Positions 38,501-47,465 of a stretch of 59,889 nt of DNA are shown piece by piece. A model generated the notes under the pieces. The model worked only from the letters and a program-made list of their open reading frames with translations, searched no databases and was not told the DNA's origin. Origin of the DNA: an uncultured Candidatus Bathyarchaeia archaeon (GTDB lineage Archaea > Thermoproteota > Bathyarchaeia > 40CM-2-53-6); contig CAZJVZ010000001.1 of assembly GCA_964549795.1 (NCBI GenBank), positions 1 to 59,889 of the forward strand, read 5' to 3'. Both the position numbers and the translations under genes were made by a program. How positions within the stretch are numbered: the stretch's first letter is position 1; the number at the start of each line of letters is the position of its first letter.

Positions 38501-38959
38501 ATGACGGAAGCTACTATGACAAACGAAGTGTCGCTGCGCGAAGTCACCCAAGACACAGTCAGGGCGATCTGCAATCTACGCGTGTCAGAGATACAGAAGC
38601 GATTCGTGGCTCCGAATGCCGTGTCAATTGCTGAAGCACATTTCACGAAAGAGGCTTGGTTCCGCGCCATCTACGCTGGCGAGGTTCCCGTCGGTTTCGC
38701 CATGTTGTGGGAAAATCCGCCGGAAGGTCGGCATTACCTCTGGCGCTTCATGATAGATGAGAAGTCTCAAGGAAGAGGATATGGTAGAAAGGCACTGGAC
38801 TTGATCATCCAACGCGTCAAGCAGAACTCAAATGCAAAGGAGCTCCGTCTAACCTACTGCAAAGGCGATGGCTCGCCTCACCAGTTCTACGAGAAGATGG
38901 GGTTCGCAGACACTGGACAGATCATTGAAGGCGAATGCGAAATGAAGCTGGTGCTCTGA
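38501..38959 (+). CDS. GNAT family N-acetyltransferase
   Basis: 152 aa. Motif A QGRGYGRKALDLIIQRVK, C-terminal FYEKMGF. Confidence 0.85.
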   Translation: MTEATMTNEVSLREVTQDTVRAICNLRVSEIQKRFVAPNAVSIAEAHFTKEAWFRAIYAGEVPVGFAMLWENPPEGRHYLWRFMIDEKSQGRGYGRKALDLIIQRVKQNSNAKELRLTYCKGDGSPHQFYEKMGFADTGQIIEGECEMKLVL

Positions 38960-39360
38960 CATCTCCAAGCCGTCTAGGTGAGCTGCTCTCGAAACCACTC
39001 ACACTAGCATGCTCCCTAGACCACTCTGCCTCCGCCGCAACCGGGCGCTTTTTCGTGTGCGTGTGTGCGCACCATTATGTCCGCCCTCTTGAGGGACCTG
39101 TATGCGCTGGCGCATACGATTCAACGCAATGACGATCGCCGGGGCGAGGATAAGCGGGTGAGCGATTGCTTTGGAATGGAGCGAGCTGGCATGAAGTCTC
39201 AGACGCTCAGGAGGATGACACCAGCCTTGACATCAGGGCCAATCATTCTGGAGACCACGCGGCCCTATAGGGGGGTGCACCTGTGGCCATCAATACAATC
39301 CATATTCTCACGTTCCAACTGGGCCCAGGAATGTGGACAGCGTCACTGATGGGCAGTCTA

Positions 39361-39410
39361 GGGGTTCGTCCGTGAGAGGATGAACCGGTTCACGGGGGTC
39401 ACGGAACCCC
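39361..39410. repeat. Long imperfect inverted repeat / hairpin
   Basis: GGGGTTC(39361-67)/GAACCCC(39404-10). 3-nt bulge GTC. CGTGA/TCACG. Inner palindrome TGAACCGGTTCA (39381-39392). Lies in an ORF-free region. Confidence 0.6.
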
Positions 39411-39777
39411 CAATCACATGTTAGGCTCGCTTGGATTGTTATACAGCCCATTTCTACTGTTATACAATTAACGCGCTCGCTCCTCAAGGACTGCGCGAGC
39501 CTATTCGGGGTGATTCATGTCGTGAGTATGAGACAGCAAAGGACATGTGTGCAAGGCAGGGGTCAAACCTGTGCAAGACTGCAAGGAGCGTCCTAACTCT
39601 CCCGACTTGATTCCAGATACTGAGCCGCTCGTACGCTAGGGGCATTGGTCGGCCTGTGACTAAGCATGAGGAACCTTCGCTCCACAAGCCTGCTGGAACA
39701 GGATAGCGACCGGTGTCACATGCTCATCCGCCTGCGGATGTTCCGAAGGTTGCGTAGCTGAGAGCGCACAATCTAGT

Positions 39778-39913
39778 GGTTCAAATTCGGGTGCCCGCAC
39801 CAGCCTACCCACACACACAAATTGCCTGAAACGACGACGGACGAGGGTTCAAATTAGGACGCTCGTGCCATGAGACCCACACGCAAGGAAATGCCATGAA
39901 CGACGACGCCTAC
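39778..39913. repeat. Two degenerate ~68-nt tandem repeats
   Basis: Both units begin with GGTTCAAATT and share ..CCA..ACCCACAC..TGCC.TGAA.CGACGACG. Roughly two-thirds of positions are identical by eye. Confidence 0.6.
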
Positions 39914-39992
39914 TCTGGACCGAGCTAGGAATGCCGAAACAACTCTCAGCGTAACCATTCCTTGACATGAAGTGGGAAGGAACCGGAGGCGC

Positions 39993-40613
39993 CTAATCCA
40001 CAGGCTTCTTGCACGGTTTTACAATCACAGCCGCGACTGTGGCAACGAGTCCGAGTAATGCCACGTAAGGTGCCATGACGGCGAGTCTATTGACCGATGT
40101 CACGACACCGCCAACGGGAACAACAGGACGCTGGTTACACGTGCCTGCCGATACCACATCAAATGGCTCCAACACAGATGGATTCTCCCACCACGAGTCT
40201 GGGTAAGGGCTAATACCAATTGGCGAAGATCCTCCGCCCACGCAGTGGAAGGTAAGCGTCACCCATGAAGCGTCATCAGAGAACATACCGCCAGTAGCCT
40301 GAAGAACGTAGGTACCCCCTAGCCCATCAACAGTTTCCGTCTCTACGCTCCATCCTGGCTGTAAGAGAAGAGTACGGCTGACGTATCGCACCAAATTGGG
40401 ATCCCACGTGATCTTGAAATGAAACCTTAACATCCATCCCACATTGCGTATCGATATATCTATGCTGAAGTTGCTGCCAACCGTGACATCTACTGTCTGA
40501 GGTTCCACAGCGATCGTCTCGCCGTCGCCTCTGGCCGGAAGGACTAGGCCTGAAGCAACGACAAGAACAAGTAACACTATAGCCGTCGCCGACAACAGCT
40601 TCATGCAGTGCAT
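39993..40613 (-). CDS. Secreted cohesin-like domain protein with C-terminal membrane anchor
   Basis: 206 aa. Signal peptide. Cohesin-like beta-sandwich pattern (VDVTVGSNFSIDISIRNV..., FKITWDPNLV). C-terminal hydrophobic helix plus KPCKKP. Confidence 0.6.
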   Translation of the reverse strand: MHCMKLLSATAIVLLVLVVASGLVLPARGDGETIAVEPQTVDVTVGSNFSIDISIRNVGWMLRFHFKITWDPNLVRYVSRTLLLQPGWSVETETVDGLGGTYVLQATGGMFSDDASWVTLTFHCVGGGSSPIGISPYPDSWWENPSVLEPFDVVSAGTCNQRPVVPVGGVVTSVNRLAVMAPYVALLGLVATVAAVIVKPCKKPVD

Positions 40614-40690
40614 GGCCTGACCTCAAACGATGCTTGACGCTTCACGGTTACCTATCTTGGAATATAATACGCTTCTGTGGTGTGTGCAGT

Positions 40691-41461
40691 CTAGGCCTTA
40701 GGCAATTCGTGAACTAGGACGCAGTATGTTATTTCCAATAGCCACTGTCGGAGGAGTCGATTATCCGTCGTCGGCCCTCTTTGATGCGTGCACCCGAATT
40801 CGAACCGCCGTGAGGAGTGGTTTCTTGTGTATGTGCGCACCAAGGGACCCGCATACACGGGCCGAGATTGCGGTGTTCGCCTCATCGGTTTGACGGGGAG
40901 GTAGAGGTCAAAGACCCATCTTTCCGGTCTTTCTTCGGACACGTTGAGGAGTTCCTCCAGACCAGGCTCGTTCTCCTCATCAAGCCCGTATCTACCATTG
41001 CTCTTGAGCCATTCATGAAACAAGTACGACCATGTTGGGTAGATGTTGTCTGTGCCTTTGCATCTCGCCACGGCGTATAGTCCACCCGGGATCTGCTTGA
41101 TCTTCACCTCTCCTTCTGGTTCAACCTCAGACCCAACAGTGATCAGCATCTCGCAGCCGTAGGCTCCGATGGGTACACTGGGATCTGGTGGAGGGGGATT
41201 GTTGTAGCCAAAGTTGAAGTGCTCTGCCGGCTCATCCAGCAAGCCCTTCGGGGCCGCCCACGCCTTCAGTTTGTCCTAAGCATCCTGCTCTGGCGTCTTG
41301 CTGAAAGCATGAGCATATGCAACACGCATCGGTCCAAGTTCAACCAACCGCATCAAAGGTTTCTCCACTGTAATCACTTTCGCACAAACCTCCCCCAGTT
41401 CTAGGTTCTTCAGGCTTGAGGGTCGAAGAGGTCTTCCCGGATTGTGCCTGCTATTGGTCAT
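40691..41461 (-). pseudogene. GyrI-like (effector-binding) domain gene interrupted by an in-frame TAG
   Basis: N-part ...MRLVELGPMRVAYAHAFSKTPEQDA, then TAG (41276-41278), then in the same frame DKLKAWAAPKGLLDEPAEHFNFGYNNP...GGLYAVARCKG...WVFDLYLPVKP. Together they form one complete GyrI-like domain. Confidence 0.55.
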
Positions 41462-41723
41462 TCTGTGTTGCTGTCAAATCTTTGTGCCAGCACTTCTAGA
41501 TGAGGGCCGAGAGGGATGGATGTCCTGTCTTTCTACATCGTGAGCGAGGCTCTCGACGAGACCTCGAAGATGCTCCGCCATAACCAAGGGCTTTCTGGGA
41601 CTGGGATTCTGAGCGAGTTGTTCAGGACAATCGGAGACACAGAGAAATCGGTCATCAATTCCTTTGACGGCGGTGAGTAAGTGGCTCACTGGGCGGACGG
41701 TCTATGAATGGTCGATCTTCGGC

Positions 41724-43091
41724 CTAGCTCTCAGTCCTAGCGACTGATCTCTTGCCGAACTGCGTCACGGTCTCGGCGAGGCTGGACAGGAAACCCTCCA
41801 CTTCTTGGACAGTGTTGAAGTGCACGAGGCTAGCGCGAACCCCGATCGATTTCCCATATGTCTTCAGAGTTCTAGAATAGAAACCTCCTCCATTCTCGGC
41901 TAGGAGGGCGATCGCATGCTTGTTCCAGAAATACTCAGTCACCTTTTCCGGGTCCGCGCTAGTGATGTTGAAAGTGAAGGTCGGAACACGCAAGTGTGCT
42001 TTGGCGGGATCCTTCGTTCCATAGATCTCCAATTCCCTCATTGCCTGCATGCCCTTGGCTTGATTCCTCCCACCGAGCATGGCAACCGAGAGTGTCCGTT
42101 CATACTTCTCGATCCATGACATGGCCGCCTTGAGAAGCCGTCTTCTCCCAGCGTAGCTGGAAATCTCATCTCGAACCTCCTGCTCCGCCATACTCCCCAG
42201 CCAACTGAGATAGTCCATGACGGCCGTGATTGAGGCGAAGAGGGCCTGATCGCGTGTGCCAAGCTCCCACTTCTCCGGTCCATGATCCGGCGCAGGAAGT
42301 ACCTTGTACGGTTTCAGAGTCTCCAACAGGTCCTTCCGACCGAACATGAAGCTCCCACGCCTGCCGAATAGTTTGTAGGCCGAGAAGACAACGAAGTCGA
42401 AAGCAGACTGCTGCAGGTCAACCGGAATATGGGCGACAGTGTGGACTGCGTCCAGAACCGTGTAGGCGCCTACTTTCTTACTGATCTCCAAGACTTGTTT
42501 CAGTGGTGTTTTCGAGCCTAGCACGTTCGAGACTCCCGCAACGGTGACGATTTTTGTCTTCTCATCGACCAGTCTCGTCAGATGAGACAGGTCCAGTAGC
42601 CCATCCTCAGGATCGAATCGTGCAAATCTGACTTCCTTGACAACCTGTCTGCGTTGAAGCTCCAACCACGGGCTGACGTTTGCGTGGTGCTCGTATTCTG
42701 TAGTGACAATGTTCTCGTCTCCTGACATTTCCTTTCCTAGGGCGTAGCTGAGATGGAAGAGCAAGTTTGTGGCTGACTCACCAGAGACAATACAGTCCTC
42801 TGAAGGTGCGTTCAGGAAATCCGCTACCGATCTTCTACCTTCAACCATGACATCCTGGTTCTTCTTCGATTCCCATGATGGGCCACCGACATTCGCGGAG
42901 CAATCCAAGCGAGCTTTTGCTTCGGCCTCTGCAACTCGTTGCAGGACGAGTGATCCAGCTGCGTTTTCGAAGAAGATCCTGTGTCTCCCATTTGCGTCGG
43001 TCTCGGCGCGGGGGAACTCTCTCCTGATGGCTTGAAGAAGTCCGTTGATCATGGTACTTCCCTGTGAGGTTGGAGTTTCCTCTTCTGCCAT
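41724..43091 (-). CDS. Class V aminotransferase-fold PLP enzyme (cysteine desulfurase-like)
   Basis: 455 aa. PLP-lysine context VVFSAYKLFG. Overall class V pattern. Confidence 0.75.
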   Translation of the reverse strand: MAEEETPTSQGSTMINGLLQAIRREFPRAETDANGRHRIFFENAAGSLVLQRVAEAEAKARLDCSANVGGPSWESKKNQDVMVEGRRSVADFLNAPSEDCIVSGESATNLLFHLSYALGKEMSGDENIVTTEYEHHANVSPWLELQRRQVVKEVRFARFDPEDGLLDLSHLTRLVDEKTKIVTVAGVSNVLGSKTPLKQVLEISKKVGAYTVLDAVHTVAHIPVDLQQSAFDFVVFSAYKLFGRRGSFMFGRKDLLETLKPYKVLPAPDHGPEKWELGTRDQALFASITAVMDYLSWLGSMAEQEVRDEISSYAGRRRLLKAAMSWIEKYERTLSVAMLGGRNQAKGMQAMRELEIYGTKDPAKAHLRVPTFTFNITSADPEKVTEYFWNKHAIALLAENGGGFYSRTLKTYGKSIGVRASLVHFNTVQEVEGFLSSLAETVTQFGKRSVARTES

Positions 43092-43130
43092 GTCTGCTTC
43101 CCTATTTGAGGTGCTTCATCAGTTGCCGAG

Positions 43131-43880
43131 TCAGGGCGGATCAAGCTTCTGGAGAAGCCTATGATACTCGCTTTCGGCGTCTATCACGATGTCATGTTTT
43201 GCAAAGAAGTTCTGGAGATTCCGGAGGTCACGCAATAACAGAGGCTTTGCTTCCTCAATTCGTAGGTGTCGGGTGACTTGGGATGAGAAATCAACAGCTT
43301 GGGGAAAATCGATTGCGAAGAGTCGCTCGCCACACATCACAAGGTTGTACTCAGATAGGTCAGCGTGAACTATGCATGCGTCGATGAGCTTCTCAACCAA
43401 GCTGATCGCTTGCTTTGCCACCACAGCCGGTTGCTCAAGATCTACATCTTTGAGCAGCGGTGCCATTTCATTCTCTCCCAGGAATCTCATCGTGAACATG
43501 TTGTCTGCTCGTCTTGCAGGCGTTGGCACAGGGACCCCTGCTCGATAGGCCTTCTCTAGTACCGTGAATTCTCTGGCCGCAACTGCACCCACCCTATCCA
43601 ATGAGTAGCCGATAGCGGACTTCTTCCTGTGCGGTGTTCTGTGGAGCCTGTACGCCTTCAGTGCCAAAGGGGCGCCTTTCCAGAGCCCCAAGTACACGTC
43701 CGCCTCCTTCCCAGAGGCTAGAACTGCGACCACATCATCCACGAGCCCACCCTCGATAGCGTCCGCTCTGACGGCCTCGAGGGATATCTCCCTCACTTCG
43801 ATGAACCGGCTTCTTCTGCCGGACCGGAGCTGCCTGCGTTTCCAGTAGCTCCGGGTGGACGCTAGCTCTCTTTCTGACAC
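43131..43880 (-). CDS. RIO-type serine/threonine protein kinase
   Basis: 249 aa. LASGKEADVY, ALKAYR, IVHADLSEYNLVM, AIDFPQAVD. Confidence 0.85.
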   Translation of the reverse strand: MSERELASTRSYWKRRQLRSGRRSRFIEVREISLEAVRADAIEGGLVDDVVAVLASGKEADVYLGLWKGAPLALKAYRLHRTPHRKKSAIGYSLDRVGAVAAREFTVLEKAYRAGVPVPTPARRADNMFTMRFLGENEMAPLLKDVDLEQPAVVAKQAISLVEKLIDACIVHADLSEYNLVMCGERLFAIDFPQAVDFSSQVTRHLRIEEAKPLLLRDLRNLQNFFAKHDIVIDAESEYHRLLQKLDPP

Positions 43881-44104
43881 TACTCTTGGTCAACCTCGAC
43901 ACATCCATGGAACCCACCATCTACTCGGCGTATAGTAGGTTCCTCGAAACAAAATGGGAAGTTAGGCTCTGCTTAGCCTACGCGAACCGAGGCTGAGACA
44001 GAATCTCCAAGAACAGAATGCGCATCATATCTTCAGCCTCCTAGCGACAGAAGACACCTACTTGATCCTATTAGACTTCCGCTTGAAGCGTGTCTGACTC
44101 GCCA

Positions 44105-45085
44105 CTAGTCTCGCAAGATCGGGGCTGTCATGCAGCGTGGCCCGCCAAAGCCGCGAATGAGCTCCGACCCCTCAATCTCAATGAAGTCGACACCGTTCTC
44201 GGAAAGTTCCCGTCTCACTCTCGCATTTCCGGCGTAGCCAACAACTCTGCGAGGACCTATGCCTATGACATTCGTGGCACGCCTCTGCCTCTCGTAGTCT
44301 GTGACTTCAATCACCCTCATTCCACTCGCTTTCAGGAACTCGAGGAATCTGAGACGCTTACCCGGTCTGCCGTTCGCGAAAACTGAGGTCGCGCCTCTCA
44401 GAGACCGCGCGTGGACGACAGCCAGATTCCGATCAACAACCATCATCGTCCCGTCAAGATGAAGAACCCAAGAAGGCAACTGCACCCCGACCAACCTACG
44501 GAGTCCTGACTTGGTCGCAGCCATCATCAGCTCTCGAAGGCCGCTCTTGTTGGTTCTGTTTCCAACTCCGACAAGCACCGTCTCGTCGTCGAAGAAGACT
44601 AGGTCTCCCCCTTCAAGCGTTGCCGGTGTACGAGTCTTCATCAGCATTGGAACAGCGAGCTGACGAAGTGTAGCCTCGACAATAGCTGTCTCCTTTCGTC
44701 TCACGGGGTTTCCCATACGTGCCAAGACATATCCTGCTCGAGTGACAGCGACCGTGTCTCGAGTGTAGACCAGATTCGGTGACCGCTCAATAGACTCCAG
44801 CAGCTCAGGCCGTTGCTGTAGTACTCCAGTGACTAGTACGACGTTGACTCCTTCGGAACGAAGGACGTCGACGAAGCGTTCATGTTGCCTTCGGAACTCC
44901 TCCGGGTCAACAGCATCCGCGAATAAGTATCTCTCATGTTTCTCTAGGTTGACCAGGTCAAGCTCTTTGCCAGGGGCGTGCATCAGCACGGTGCGAAGAC
45001 GCCCGTATTCCGGGTAGCAGAATCCCAATCCTTGGCAGACCTTCCTAGCGTCCGATTGGCGAATCGTCGAAAACGTATAAAACAT
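44105..45085 (-). CDS. Arginine deiminase / amidinotransferase-fold (guanidino-group modifying) enzyme
   Basis: 326 aa. N-terminal EYGRLRTVLMHAPG..., C-terminal catalytic Cys context GGPRCMTAPILRD. Confidence 0.7.
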   Translation of the reverse strand: MFYTFSTIRQSDARKVCQGLGFCYPEYGRLRTVLMHAPGKELDLVNLEKHERYLFADAVDPEEFRRQHERFVDVLRSEGVNVVLVTGVLQQRPELLESIERSPNLVYTRDTVAVTRAGYVLARMGNPVRRKETAIVEATLRQLAVPMLMKTRTPATLEGGDLVFFDDETVLVGVGNRTNKSGLRELMMAATKSGLRRLVGVQLPSWVLHLDGTMMVVDRNLAVVHARSLRGATSVFANGRPGKRLRFLEFLKASGMRVIEVTDYERQRRATNVIGIGPRRVVGYAGNARVRRELSENGVDFIEIEGSELIRGFGGPRCMTAPILRD

Positions 45086-45133
45086 AGCCGAATCCTTCGT
45101 CTTTTGTTCTTCTGATCAACGAGGGACCTGACT

Positions 45134-45928
45134 GTGGTCAAGACAAGAGCCCCGAGATTCACTGTCTTACTCACCTTCGATGTCGATGCTGACAGTTCCG
45201 TTCGTGGTCCGTACAGCGGACGCGCAGATGAGCCGGTCGCGCGAAGCAAAGGACAATTCGGCCCCAAAGTGGGTCTTCCCAGAATTCTGAATCTACTTGA
45301 CAAGTATTCGATCAAGTCAACCTTCTTCGTGCCCGGCTGGACAGCCGAGACCTATCCTGAGAGCGTGAGAGAGGTTGTGAGACGGGGACACGAGGTCGGA
45401 GTCCACGGCTACAAGCATGAGAACCTAGCCCAACTCGACTCGCAGAAGGATGAGACAGAGATCCTCAGGAAATCCATTGAACGGCTACAAGCGATAGTTG
45501 GCCAGAAGCCAGCAGGTTTCAGAGCACCAGACTGGGAGTTCAGCCCCTACACGATCGAGAATCTCCTCAACTTCAACCTCAGGTACGACAGCAGTCTCAT
45601 GGATGATGAGAAACCATACGTGATCAAACATCAGGGAAAGCCAACCGGAATGGTCGAACTTCCCGTCTCATGGCTGCTGGACGACTGGAGCATCTTCGAG
45701 GTACATAGAAGACCTCCCAGTGAGGCCTTCAATGCATGGATGCAGGAGTTCAACGCACTGTATGCCGCCAAGGTGCCCTACTTCAATCTCACCATGCACC
45801 CGCAAACCACCGGAAAAGCATCAAGAGCCGCGATGCTTGAGACTCTCATAAGAGCCATGAGGAGAAGGAAGGGCGTCACATTCTCTCGGTGCATAGATCT
45901 CGTAAATGAGGTCGCACTGACAGCCTGA
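45134..45928 (+). CDS. Polysaccharide deacetylase (NodB homology) family protein
   Basis: 264 aa. LTFDVDAD, FFVPGW, GHEVGVHGYKHE motifs. Confidence 0.8.
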   Translation: MVKTRAPRFTVLLTFDVDADSSVRGPYSGRADEPVARSKGQFGPKVGLPRILNLLDKYSIKSTFFVPGWTAETYPESVREVVRRGHEVGVHGYKHENLAQLDSQKDETEILRKSIERLQAIVGQKPAGFRAPDWEFSPYTIENLLNFNLRYDSSLMDDEKPYVIKHQGKPTGMVELPVSWLLDDWSIFEVHRRPPSEAFNAWMQEFNALYAAKVPYFNLTMHPQTTGKASRAAMLETLIRAMRRRKGVTFSRCIDLVNEVALTA

Positions 45929-46017
45929 AGCACTGAAGCGTTGTGGGGCAACTACGTTCTGCTGCGCTTCGTCTCTCACGAGCGACAGGAATATGTCATC
46001 GTGACGCGAATCGCTCC

Positions 46018-47205
46018 TCACTTGCTTTGTCTGAGTTCGGAAATGGAATCACGTATGCGTTCGAGGGCGGTCTTCAGTCTCTCCCTGGATGTGGCGAATG
46101 AGAGTCTGAGGAAACCCTCGCCGCGTTCGCCGAAGGAATCTCCCGGTACGACCGCAACTTTGGATCTGTCAAGCAGCCTCATGGCAAGTTCTTGGGACTT
46201 CAGTCCGAAGGTTGAGATGTTTGGAAAGGCGTAGAAGGTGCCTTTAGGCGAGAAACATGAGATTCCGTCAATCTTTGCCAGTTCGCGCACAACTAAGTCA
46301 CGTCGATGCTGGTACTCTTGAACCATTTCTTTGATCGTTTTGTCGGTCCTTTCGTCCCGTAAGGCAAGTGCAGCAGCTCGCTGTGCAAACGTGCACGCTC
46401 CCGTGACCAAGTGGCCGTGGATTGTTGCTACAGCCTTCGTGATACTGCGAGGGGCGACCAAGTAGCCGAGGCGCCAACCGGTCATTGCCATTGCCTTTGA
46501 GAAACCGTTGATCGTGATAGCGAATTCCTTCATTCCGGGGAATGATGCGATACTGAAGTGTTTTTCGCCATCGAAAACTATTCTTTCATAGATTTCGTCG
46601 GATAGAACTAGGAACTTCTTGCGCTTCGCAAGTTCGGCTATGGCCTCAAGTTCGGTTTTGCTCATCACGTTGCCGATGGGATTGTTTGGGGAGTTGATTA
46701 TCAGCATCTTTGTCTTGTTGTTGATGATCCTTTCAAGACGATCTGGGGATATGCGGAAACCTTCGGATTCGCTCAGGGGGAGATAGACGGGCTTGGCTCC
46801 TGCGAGTTCAATGCACGGAACGTAGCTGACCCAACAGGGATCAGGTACTACTACTTCGTCGCCGGGGCTGAGGGTTGCCATGATTGAAGCGAAGATGGCT
46901 TCTTTGGCGCCGACTGTGACTACGATTTCTGAGGCTGGATCTGCGTTAATCTTGTTCTCGCGTTTGAGCTTGTCCGCGATTGCTACTCGGAGTTCCAGAA
47001 GTCCTGCTGAGTCTGGGTAGAACGTGTACCCTTCATCGAGGGCCTGCTTTGCATAGGCTCGGATGTGCTCCGGGGTTACGAAGTCTGGCTCGCCGACTGA
47101 GAGGCTTATCACATCCTCTCCAGCCTGTTTCAACGCCTTGACTCGATCTAGTATCTGTAATGTTGCCGAAGGTTTAACTCCAGGCCTGTCTGCTACGAAA
47201 CTCAT
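46018..47205 (-). CDS. Class I/II PLP-dependent aminotransferase (aspartate aminotransferase-like)
   Basis: 395 aa. NSPNNPIG, SFSKAMAMTGWRLGY, R..F near the C-terminus. Confidence 0.9.
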   Translation of the reverse strand: MSFVADRPGVKPSATLQILDRVKALKQAGEDVISLSVGEPDFVTPEHIRAYAKQALDEGYTFYPDSAGLLELRVAIADKLKRENKINADPASEIVVTVGAKEAIFASIMATLSPGDEVVVPDPCWVSYVPCIELAGAKPVYLPLSESEGFRISPDRLERIINNKTKMLIINSPNNPIGNVMSKTELEAIAELAKRKKFLVLSDEIYERIVFDGEKHFSIASFPGMKEFAITINGFSKAMAMTGWRLGYLVAPRSITKAVATIHGHLVTGACTFAQRAAALALRDERTDKTIKEMVQEYQHRRDLVVRELAKIDGISCFSPKGTFYAFPNISTFGLKSQELAMRLLDRSKVAVVPGDSFGERGEGFLRLSFATSRERLKTALERIRDSISELRQSK

Positions 47206-47465
47206 CTTCTCACCATTCCTTGCTGTCCGGGGACGTTATCGAGAACATTCCCTGACATTCATCATGCGAGACTACTACAAGCTCGCTCCCGTTGAGAGCT
47301 GAACCAGTTATTAGCTTTCCAACTTCAACTATCTTGCTCTTTCGTCTTCACGCTTCTTGCCACAATCTAGAAATCATGGTCTATGTAGATCCTGTTCCTT
47401 GAGGCGCGTGAGTGGGGCCTCCCACCCGTTGCGCCCAATAAACCCCGGAGTAGGGAGGTAAAGAT

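Noticed and set aside
39668-39751. RNase P RNA-like signal (GAGGAA-CCTTCG-CTCCACAAG resembling CR-I/P4, with an exact 8-bp partner downstream)
   Set aside because: The 3' strand lacks the conserved ACAGAA context. The other conserved regions are not visible, and the enclosed segment is only ~65 nt. The resemblance is probably coincidental, so it is kept only as generic structured-RNA evidence.
39778-39870. GGTTCAAATT motifs followed by ..CACCA/..GCCA as tRNA 3' halves, split tRNAs or att sites
   Set aside because: The flanking 5 nt do not pair to form a T stem, no complementary acceptor strand is found nearby, and no integrase is in the window.
41276-41278. In-frame TAG as a pyrrolysine codon or genome-wide stop reassignment
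   Set aside because: TAG terminates well-defined genes in this same window at positions consistent with normal protein ends (PolD small subunit at 748-750, PhoU-like at 3386-3388, large subunit 2 at 22611-22613). No pyl genes are in the window. A nonsense pseudogene is the simpler reading.
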